From an archaeon (GTDB lineage: Archaea; Iainarchaeota; Iainarchaeia; Iainarchaeales; CSSED10-239), in NCBI GenBank assembly GCA_035400625.1, contig DAOMZT010000002.1, positions 120,001-152,000 of the forward strand: a stretch of DNA of 32,000 nucleotides, written 5' to 3'. This document shows, piece after piece, positions 21,001 to 28,359 of this stretch. Under the pieces are notes generated by a model. The model had not been told where the DNA came from, searched no databases, and worked only from the letters and a program-made list of their open reading frames with translations. Each line of letters starts with the position of its first letter. Positions within the stretch are counted from its first letter, which is position 1. The position numbers and the translations under genes were made by a program.

Positions 21001-24000
21001 TTTATTCTTGTATTAAAAGTATATGTTTTTGCATTTATTATTGTTCTCTCTGGAGATTCACAATGATCTATTTTCCACTCGGCAGGAAACCAGCTTGAAC
21101 CATCAATTGTGTATTCACAAGTAGATGTGTTTATATCAGAACCAGTGTCATGCACATAACCACCAATAACTTTTCCTGTGCCTTTTATGTAATTATTATA
21201 TGTAGTAAATCCACTTATTGTTGTGTCATCAACTACTGGATAGCTTGTATCTATTTTTACAAGATTAGATGTTTTTGGGTCTTCTTCGTTTCCTGCATTA
21301 TCCACAGAATAATATCTTACATATTTCTGGCATTGGCTTTCTGATTCACAAGTAACTGGAACAACGATCCCAGGAGTTTGTGGATTACATTCCCCATTTG
21401 TGTCTATACAATAATATGTTTGCTTTACTCCACTTACATTGTCTATTGGATTTAATATTATATTGACATTTCCTGAATGCCAAGATGTATCAGAGTTATC
21501 TGTTGTTACTGGTGGCGTCTTATCCACTGCAACAATTCCTAATTTTAAGGCTTCTTCATTGCCAATATTATCCACAGAATAATAATCAATATGGTGGTTG
21601 CCATCATTTGATATTGTAAAAGTTCCTGGATAAGTAAACCAAGCACCATTGTTTATTCTATATTTGGTAATTCTACAACCTGATAGGCCATTATCATCAC
21701 ATGTTAAAGTAATATTTTTATCTGTTTTTGACCAATCTGTTGTTGTCCCAGAAATAGTGGTTATTGGAGAAGATGTGTCCCCTATATATTCTTCTGAACA
21801 AAGGCCTGTTTTGTTATTATCAAGTTTGTCTTTTACTCTAAATGCAAACTTATAATGTTTACCATCAATTGCGGTTCCATACCTCACACAATGGTCAGTT
21901 TCCCAAACAGCATCTGTCCAGTTAATTCCATCATCATCTGTAAACTCACAAGAGGTAGTATCAACTCCAACCCCTGCATCTGTTATTGTTCCGCTTGTTA
22001 TATTTCCTGTGCCTTTAAAATAATTGCCATATACTGTTACATTATTTAGTTGTATCTCTCCAGAAAATACAGGAGGCAACAAATCACCAGTATAAATTAT
22101 TGTTGAAATTCCAGAACCTTGTTTTCCAAGCGCGTCTCTTATTCTGGTGTTAAATGAATAATTTGTTCCATTTTCTATTGTTATGTTTCCTGACTCACAA
22201 CGATTTTCTTCTGCATTCCAAGTTGCAGTGTCCCAACTTGATCCGTCCTTTGTGTATTCACAACTGTTTGTATCAAGTCCCGAACCATTAGTATCTGTTA
22301 TTTTTCCACCAATTACTTTGCCTTCTCCTTTGATGTGGTTTTCAAATATTGAAAATCCTGATGTTGTGGTTAAACCTACAAGAGGATAACTTTTGTCAAT
22401 CTTAACAAGATTAGATGTTTTTGTGGTTTCGTTATTATCGGCATTATCCACAGAATAATACATTACATATTTTTCACAAACAGAGCTTGATGGACAAGTA
22501 ACATTTACTATTGTTCCTATAGTTCCTGTTGTCGGATCACATGTGCTGTCCTTATCTTCTGTTATACAATATTTTGTGTGTTTGATACCACTTGTTGCAT
22601 CATATGGGCTTAAAGTAATATTTACATTTGTTGCATGCCAACTATTGTCTGAGTTGTCAGTAGTTCTTGGCTTTGTTGTGTCTACTGCCATATAGCTTGT
22701 TTGTTTTACTCCAGAGGTATCTAGATTATCTGTAGAATAATATTCAATTATATGATTAGCATCAGTTGTTAGAGTAATTCTTGTAGATAATGCTATAGTT
22801 GTTATCCATTCTCCATTATCTACTCTGTAGGTTGTGCTTTTACAGCCAGATTTGTGGCCTTCACAATTTAAATCTAAATTAACATCTGTATTATTCCAAA
22901 TATTATTCAACCCATACAACACAGAATCAGGAGCAGTAATATCTTCAAGATACTTGATAGTTTCTGTTCCTGTTCCTGGTGTTCCAAGATTATCTTTTAC
23001 TCTTGTATTAAAAATATAATTTGTATCCAGCAGTATACTAAAATCAGGAGATTCACAATGATCTAATACCCAGATCCCTGGTTGCCAAGTATTACCATCA
23101 TTAGTTGTGTACTGACAAGAGGTTGTATCAATTCCTGAGCCAGTATCTGTTGCTTTCCCGCCTACTACTTTTCCTGTGCCTTTGATATATGTGTTATTAA
23201 AATCAGAATTAAAGAAAGTTGTAAAACCAGAAAAGCCGGTATTACCAACACTTGGAGCAATTAGGTCTCCAGTATAAGCAATTGTTGCAGTACCATAGCC
23301 TGTCTTTGGAGGTGATGAGTTATTTTCAATGCTTGTGTTGAAAATATATGTCATATCATCATAGATATTAAAATCTGGAGATTCACAATGATCTATAACC
23401 CAATTAGCCGGTAACCAATTGACTCCATCGATTGTGTATTTACAAGTATCTGTATTGATTCCAGCATCAGAATCATACACATAACCACCAATTACTCTGC
23501 CAGTTCCTCTTATATGCTCTTCATAAATTATAAAGCCACTAGTTGTAGTTTCATCAACAATTGGGTTGCTAGTATCTATCTTTATTTGTCTTGATGTTTT
23601 TATATCTTCTTTGTTCTCTGCATTATCAACAGAATAATATCTTACATATTTCTGGCATTGACTTTCTGATTCACAAGTAACAGCAACTTGAGTACCTGGT
23701 GTTTCTGGATTACATTCCCCAATTATGTCTATACAATAATATGTTTGGGCAACACCACTGGTCTCATCGCTTGGTACCAAAGTAATATCTACAACTCCAC
23801 TATGCCACAAATCATCAGAATTATCAATAGTTACTGGAGCCACCTGATCTTGATAATAATAATCTGTTTTTGTGTTTTCTATATTTGATAGATTATCTAC
23901 AGAATAATAATCAATCTGATAACTGCCGTCAGGCAAATTAAAATAAGATGAATAGGTTTGCCAAACACCGTTGTTTATTCTGTAATTGGTTGATGCACAA

Positions 24001-27000
24001 CCTGAAAGGCCATTGTCATCACAAGTCAAAGTAATATTTTTATCTGTTCTTGACCAATCTGTTGTTGTCCCAAAAATTGTGGTTGTTGGTGCAGTATCAT
24101 CTCCAATATAAGCAATAGCATATGGTGCAATCTGTGTATTACCAAGCTTATCTTTTACTCTAAAGGTAGAAAAATATTGAATACCTGTTTTTATTGTTCC
24201 TGTTCTTCTACAATGATCTGTTTCCCAGATACCTGGTAGCCAAGTGCTTCCGTTATTTATTGTAAATTCACAAGTAGTAGTATCAATACCTGCACCTTCA
24301 TCAACTATCGTGCCACTTCTTGCTTTGCCGAAACCATCAATACCTTTAAAGTACGAGTCATAAATTGTTACATCATAATATGTGGTTTCTCCTGTTATTA
24401 CTGGCGGAGTGCAATCTCCAGTATAATTTACAGATGTTCCTGTTCCAATACGGCCATTATTATTAGCAATTCTTGTATTAAAAATATAAGTTACATCATC
24501 ATAGACATTAAAATCAGGAGATTCACAATGATCTGTTTTCCACTCGGCAGGTAACCAATTATTTCCATCAATTGTGTATTGACAGGAATCTGTGTTTAGA
24601 TCAGAACCATTTGTGTCATATGTGTAACCACCAACCACTTTACCTTCTCCTTTAAAATAACTGCCTGCTGTTAAAAATCCAGAAACTGTTGTTTGACCAA
24701 CTGTTGGGTAACTTTTATCTATTTGTATAAGATTAGATGCTTTTGGGGTTTCTTGGTTTCCAGCATTATCCACAGAATAATATCTTACATATTTTTGGCA
24801 AGCATTTCCTTCATCACAAGTAACATTAACAACTGTTCCTATAGTTCCTTCTGTTTTTGGATCACATGTGTTACTGTCATCAACACAATATTTTGTGTAA
24901 TCTACTCCACTATTATTGTCTGTCGCTGTTAATGTAATATTGACATTTGAAGAATACCAAACATTTAATTCAGAATTGTCTGTTGTTACTGGTGGTGTTT
25001 TATCAATATAAACATACCCTGTCTTTGTAGTTTCAACATTATTAACATAATCCACAGAATAATAATTTATTGTGTGTTTACCATCTGTTAATATTGTAAA
25101 TGAATTATTATATTTTATATATTCACTTCCACCAAATGAATAATATGTTTCTTTACAACCAGCTCCTACATCTGAACAAGATAAAGAAACAGTTACATTA
25201 GAATTTACATAATTTGAGTTTGTTCCACTTATTGTTGTTACAGGTTTTTCTACATCTCCTATGTAAGGTATTGTAGCGGTTCCAATTCCTTGATTATTAA
25301 GCTTGTCTTTTACTCTTGTATTGAATTGATAATTTACACCATTTGAGATAGTAACTGTTTCAGAAACACAATGATCTATTAGCCAACTTCCTATTTGCCA
25401 GCTAAAACCATTATTCAAGGTATATTCACAAGAGGTTGTATCTATTCCTGAACCAGTGTCTATTGCTTCTCCACCAATTACATTACCATTACCAGTAATA
25501 TAATCACTTATATAATTGTTATATGTTGTAAAACCAGAAACTGTAGTTTCTCCTACACTTGGAGCATTTAAATCTCCTGTGTAAGTTATTGTTGGAGTTC
25601 CTGTTCCTGGTGTTCCTGCTAGATTTTTTATTCTTGTGTTAAATGTATAACTTGTTCCATCTGTTATTGTTATTTCTTCCGACTCACAATGGTTTAGGAC
25701 ATATGTTCCAATATTCCAATCTGTTCCATTTGTCGTGTACTCACAAGAATCTGTATTTACATCTCCTGTAACTGTCCCACCAATTATTTTTCCTGTTCCT
25801 TTGATATAGTTTGTTGAGATAGAAAAGCCACTTGTTTTTGTTTGACCAACCCCTGGAACAGAAGAGTTTATCTTAACAAGTTTAGATGTTTTTGTTTCTT
25901 CTTGGTTTCCTACATTATCCACAGAATAATATCTTACATATTTTTCACAAATATCATTTGAAGAACAAGTAACATTTGCAATTGTTCCTATTTCGTTTGG
26001 AGTACATTCTTCATCTTTATTTTCAGTTACACAATATTTTGTGTGATTTATATCAGAACCACCCATATCTGTAGCAGTCAAAGTAATTATTTGATTTGTG
26101 GCATGCCACTCATCATCTGAGTTATCTGTTGTTATTGGTGCAGTATTATCAATAAAAAGCCAATAACCTGGATCATCCATATCTGCAAATTTGCCAGTAA
26201 CTATATCTTTAACTTTACAAGCAAAAGTGTATCTGCCGTCAGGATATTGTTGATTATTACTATCAAAGTTACCTGCACCGTTGCCATCTGTCATTAATGT
26301 AGCAACAAAAGAGCCGCCTGATTTTTTTAATAAGTTTACATCATATTTTATATTTGGCCCAACATTATCAGAATAACAATTAAAATCTACTATTCTTCTA
26401 TGATAACTTTCACTTTCTGGCTTAATCATATAAGGCAAACTAAGATTGACATCAATTATTTCTACATTTTTTTGTTGATTTACTGTTAATGCAATAAAAT
26501 TACCACCATGTATTGTTGCAGTGCCACTACTTGCTTTTGCCCAAAGAATAACATTTACATCTTTATCATTAACATCCTCAAAAACAAATTGATTTTTTAT
26601 AGTTCCATATGTTGAGGTAGTTGGAAATGTTCTACTAAAAACATTTGAATTTCTATCATAAGTTTCACCAATAACTTGTATTTGCATATCAACCTGACAA
26701 TTAGCCATAGAACATGTTACTGGTGCTGTTGAACTTACATATATCCCTCTGTTTGTGTCTTTTGAAAGTGTCATTGATGCAATTGGAACATAGTTTGCTG
26801 AAGAAACAGTTTTATTTGCTAAAGATATTTGATTATAATCCTCTTCATCTTGTGAAAGTTGATAAACAAAAACACCTGGAATACTTATTGAAGAAGTTGC
26901 CAATTCTCTTTTGCCTTCAAAAACAAGGTTTGTATTTTGGTTTGCATTAACATCTACAAATTCTGCAAAAGAACCAGAGGCATTTGTGCCATTATTAACA

Positions 27001-27938
27001 TATCTCGGATATTCTGCTTTTACAGTATTACCATTATAATTCATTCTAAAACTGATTGTAGAACTGCTTGTTGGTCCTTGCATATAATTTATAGAACCTA
27101 AGATAAATAACATTCCATTATATGCTGAAGAATTAAAAGCTCTGGTTGTTAATGCACTATATTCTGTGCTATTTACTGTTGTTGTTCCAACAACAAAATT
27201 ATCTGTTTTTATTGTTGAGTTGCTATCGCTTTTGTTTGTAAACAAATTACACACTGCTTTTCTAGAGGTTACAGTCACAGGATTATTTGTTATTCTCTGA
27301 TGTCTTAATCTAAAATATCTTGTTCCATCTGACACTGTCCAAGCTTTTGTTGAAATATATACTGAACCTATCATATCACTAGTTAATGCCCTCGATACAG
27401 TACCTTGTGTTGTCCAGTTTACACCATCATCACTTGATTGAATTTCCCATTCTCCTCCACTTGTTTTTTTTGTAAAATCACTAGCAACTTCAAGTACACA
27501 ACCTACCTGAACAGTTGTGTCAGAGCCAAAATTTGGTTCATATGTCCAAGTTGCAATTGTTTGAAAACTATTAGGCACTCTTGTGCTTGCAGATCCATTT
27601 TGAAGAAATTGATACACAACAGGGTAGTTCTTAAATTCCATTTCTACTCGTTGTGGGTTTGTGGTTGTTTCATCTACCTGAACAGTTGTTTCTTTCCAAT
27701 CTTTGTTTATGTTAGTAAATTTACATTCGTAAGTATCATCATCAAAATTAATTGTAAAAGGACTTGTTTTGTTTGTTCTGTCATAGGCAGTGCCATTACA
27801 ATCTACATTAATCCCAGAGACTGTAAATTCCGGACCTTTATCTTGATAAACATTAAAGGTTACTGCTGCAGAAAAAACATTAGGCAAGTAAAAACCTAAA
27901 ATTATAAATAATAACAAAACAGTTAATTTTTTTCTCAA
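18003..27938 (-). CDS. giant (3,311 aa) modular cell-surface protein with signal peptide, Ig-like repeat array and C-terminal TM anchor
   Basis: Single uninterrupted 9,936-nt ORF. Signal peptide MRKKLTVLLLFIILGFYLPNVFS. Six four-module super-repeats plus a seventh partial unit span aa 603-2993, with recurring YYSVDNAGN and D..SG(V/I) motifs. C-terminal TM plus stop-transfer is WVFWIIGIIIILLVLFLIIERKRK. The start codon is TTG (27936-27938), preceded by GGGGAT. Confidence 0.9.
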   Translation of the reverse strand: MRKKLTVLLLFIILGFYLPNVFSAAVTFNVYQDKGPEFTVSGINVDCNGTAYDRTNKTSPFTINFDDDTYECKFTNINKDWKETTVQVDETTTNPQRVEMEFKNYPVVYQFLQNGSASTRVPNSFQTIATWTYEPNFGSDTTVQVGCVLEVASDFTKKTSGGEWEIQSSDDGVNWTTQGTVSRALTSDMIGSVYISTKAWTVSDGTRYFRLRHQRITNNPVTVTSRKAVCNLFTNKSDSNSTIKTDNFVVGTTTVNSTEYSALTTRAFNSSAYNGMLFILGSINYMQGPTSSSTISFRMNYNGNTVKAEYPRYVNNGTNASGSFAEFVDVNANQNTNLVFEGKRELATSSISIPGVFVYQLSQDEEDYNQISLANKTVSSANYVPIASMTLSKDTNRGIYVSSTAPVTCSMANCQVDMQIQVIGETYDRNSNVFSRTFPTTSTYGTIKNQFVFEDVNDKDVNVILWAKASSGTATIHGGNFIALTVNQQKNVEIIDVNLSLPYMIKPESESYHRRIVDFNCYSDNVGPNIKYDVNLLKKSGGSFVATLMTDGNGAGNFDSNNQQYPDGRYTFACKVKDIVTGKFADMDDPGYWLFIDNTAPITTDNSDDEWHATNQIITLTATDMGGSDINHTKYCVTENKDEECTPNEIGTIANVTCSSNDICEKYVRYYSVDNVGNQEETKTSKLVKINSSVPGVGQTKTSGFSISTNYIKGTGKIIGGTVTGDVNTDSCEYTTNGTDWNIGTYVLNHCESEEITITDGTSYTFNTRIKNLAGTPGTGTPTITYTGDLNAPSVGETTVSGFTTYNNYISDYITGNGNVIGGEAIDTGSGIDTTSCEYTLNNGFSWQIGSWLIDHCVSETVTISNGVNYQFNTRVKDKLNNQGIGTATIPYIGDVEKPVTTISGTNSNYVNSNVTVSLSCSDVGAGCKETYYSFGGSEYIKYNNSFTILTDGKHTINYYSVDYVNNVETTKTGYVYIDKTPPVTTDNSELNVWYSSNVNITLTATDNNSGVDYTKYCVDDSNTCDPKTEGTIGTVVNVTCDEGNACQKYVRYYSVDNAGNQETPKASNLIQIDKSYPTVGQTTVSGFLTAGSYFKGEGKVVGGYTYDTNGSDLNTDSCQYTIDGNNWLPAEWKTDHCESPDFNVYDDVTYIFNTRIANNNGRIGTGTSVNYTGDCTPPVITGETTYYDVTIYDSYFKGIDGFGKARSGTIVDEGAGIDTTTCEFTINNGSTWLPGIWETDHCRRTGTIKTGIQYFSTFRVKDKLGNTQIAPYAIAYIGDDTAPTTTIFGTTTDWSRTDKNITLTCDDNGLSGCASTNYRINNGVWQTYSSYFNLPDGSYQIDYYSVDNLSNIENTKTDYYYQDQVAPVTIDNSDDLWHSGVVDITLVPSDETSGVAQTYYCIDIIGECNPETPGTQVAVTCESESQCQKYVRYYSVDNAENKEDIKTSRQIKIDTSNPIVDETTTSGFIIYEEHIRGTGRVIGGYVYDSDAGINTDTCKYTIDGVNWLPANWVIDHCESPDFNIYDDMTYIFNTSIENNSSPPKTGYGTATIAYTGDLIAPSVGNTGFSGFTTFFNSDFNNTYIKGTGKVVGGKATDTGSGIDTTSCQYTTNDGNTWQPGIWVLDHCESPDFSILLDTNYIFNTRVKDNLGTPGTGTETIKYLEDITAPDSVLYGLNNIWNNTDVNLDLNCEGHKSGCKSTTYRVDNGEWITTIALSTRITLTTDANHIIEYYSTDNLDTSGVKQTSYMAVDTTKPRTTDNSDNSWHATNVNITLSPYDATSGIKHTKYCITEDKDSTCDPTTGTIGTIVNVTCPSSSVCEKYVMYYSVDNADNNETTKTSNLVKIDKSYPLVGLTTTSGFSIFENHIKGEGKVIGGKITDTNGSGLDTNSCEYTKDGSSWDTATWNAEENRCESGNITIENGTNYSFNTRIRDALGKQGSGISTIIYTGDLLPPVFSGEIQLNNVTVYGNYFKGTGNITSGTITDAGVGVDTTSCEFTDDDGINWTDAVWETDHCVRYGTAIDGKHYKFAFRVKDKLDNNKTGLCSEEYIGDTSSPITTISGTTTDWSKTDKNITLTCDDNGLSGCRITKYRINNGAWFTYPGTFTISNDGNHHIDYYSVDNIGNEEALKLGIVAVDKTPPVTTDNSDTSWHSGNVNIILNPIDNVSGVKQTYYCIDTNGECNPQTPGIVVPVTCESESQCQKYVRYYSVDNAGNEEDPKTSNLVKIDTSYPVVDDTTISGFTTYNNYIKGTGKVIGGYVHDTGSDINTSTCEYTIDGSSWFPAEWKIDHCESPERTIINAKTYTFNTRIKNNAGSIGTGTPTITYIGDTQAPAVGATTVTGFSIYNDFINHSGIVVSGTATDNGSGINTTTCLYSANDGNTWKPGIWTDNHCESPTFSVSEGSKIFKTRVSDNLGNVGTGEGTQSYIVDSNAPTTTATEINDGWNTTDIDINLTCDDGNGSGCKSSHYRINNGEIKEYTRTIVFSSDGNHLFKYRSVDNVDNYENIQTAYIAIDKTPPETTDNSDNQWHATDLNITLSPYDATSGIDYTRYCVDDSNSCSPNKEGTVVEITCLENSICEKYVVYYSVDNAGNEEDPKTSNLVKIDKNYPAVGQTETIDFSISENYITGTGRVIGGKITDTNGAGLDTNSCEYTTDGLSWYPANWNADENRCESDEITIINGTNYIFNTRIEDDLNRLATGIPTIKYTGDTLPPTISSTTLSEDFNVSGLFINGTGTIFAYASDVGSGIRDCNYTIDGNNWQPATWNATNGMCISESIIITDGNKYSFNLRATDNLSNTRNALGTDTYTGDTKSPTTSIVNDNPNTWRKGPLTLYFDCNDFNGSGCDKSYYDFNNETYQYYDSIILSSDGNHELTYYSKDKVGNYEVQKTTYVAIDNDAPITIDNSDNNWHANDRTITLTATDDWSGVKHTYYCVDTLNACIPTEIGTNVSVNCPEGTCVKYIRYFSQDNADNNETIKFTIVKIDKNAPEINLTKRIVRRTAIISVDANEHVTCRIDTNTENDNFDGASSDNEKQGTNLSWTFDNLSIGNYQYFIYCKDRAHNNTNKDVNFEITSSSSGGGSKSKKIIYVPEENNEETEDSQSQNSTEILDDDAYTLVYSDSKIGEDGIIIIRTTEITITKKNGTISKANAQYIISIYNPSTKIVENVLITEYIPKEIANDVSDIDFTTYPTRIVSRDPIVEWLIPSISPGQTIDLNYTIKKVAQKEVIDNKFISNAKMTDMALLRDEEDLNEILEESDCVNGICSKVKHDFSWVFWIIGIIIILLVLFLIIERKRKPDSGFPKIKYER
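18960..26132 (-). repeat. in-frame tandem array of six ~1.13-1.17 kb coding super-repeats plus one partial unit
   Basis: Unit boundaries were placed at the T[TI]DNS motif by hand counting. Units are U1 24987-26132, U2 23832-24986, U3 22665-23831, U4 21507-22664, U5 20373-21506, U6 19230-20372 and a partial U7 at 18960-19229. Unit lengths are 382, 385, 389, 386, 378 and 381 aa. Confidence 0.85.
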
Positions 27939-28073
27939 AAGAATCCCCGATTTAAAATTATTATTTATCTATTATATATATACTAAATTATATTTATAAA
28001 TATAATTATTTCAAATAAAATTACGATATTAAAAAGAGAAAAAAAGTAAAAGATTAGAAAAAGAAAATTGCTA

Positions 28074-28146
28074 CGCCCCAGGTAGGATTTGAACCTACGA
28101 CCTATCGATTAACAGTCGATTGCTCCAACCACTGAGCTACTGAGGC
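28074..28146 (-). tRNA. tRNA-Asn (anticodon GUU)
   Basis: Reverse complement GCCTCAGTAGCTCAGTGGTTGGAGCAATCGACTGTTAATCGATAGGTCGTAGGTTCAAATCCTACCTGGGGCG folds into a canonical cloverleaf. Anticodon loop is CTGTTAA and T-loop is TTCAAAT. No encoded CCA. Confidence 0.9.
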
Positions 28147-28320
28147 AATGCTTCAAAAGGAAGGCTTAGAAAAACAAAGATTGTTCTTATAATATATTTT
28201 ATGACATAAATGTTTATAAAGCATTTCTCTTTAGCATTAGAACTTTAGATATCCTTTTTTAACCATATCAAAATTGTAATATATCTAAATTAGACTTATT
28301 TTAAAAAAAATAAAAAAAGA

Positions 28321-28351
28321 AACAAAATCATCTATCTTAAATGATTTTGTT
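28321..28351 (-). terminator. hairpin plus long U-tract downstream of the 28360-29112 gene
   Basis: Perfect 11-bp stem aacaaaatcat / atgattttgtt with a 9-nt loop, 8 nt after the TAG stop. On the minus strand it is followed by a U-rich tract, UCUUUUUUUAUUUUUUUU (plus-strand A-rich run 28303-28320). Confidence 0.55.
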
Positions 28352-28359
28352 GGTTTTTT

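Noticed and set aside
18960-26132. Regularly spaced repeats that could be mistaken for a CRISPR array or a satellite
   Set aside because: The period is ~1.15 kb, the units are in-frame coding modules of one ORF, there are no short conserved direct repeats with unique spacers, and no cas genes are present.
18292-27899. About 17 plus-strand ORFs (60-153 aa) antisense to the giant gene, e.g. 18292-18579, 20474-20713, 24693-24932 and 27438-27899
   Set aside because: They are short and low-complexity (Ile/Leu/Phe/Cys-rich, as expected from the complement of an Asn/Thr/Asp-rich frame). They are embedded in a 9.9-kb ORF with clear protein-level repeat conservation on the other strand.
12342-28146. 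A genomic island bounded by tRNA-Asp and tRNA-Asn and carrying the filament operon and giant gene
   Set aside because: No integrase, transposase or plasmid/viral genes are present. I could find no direct repeat of a tRNA 3' end. Composition appears uniform with the flanks, and housekeeping-type genes (prs-like, DedA) are interspersed.
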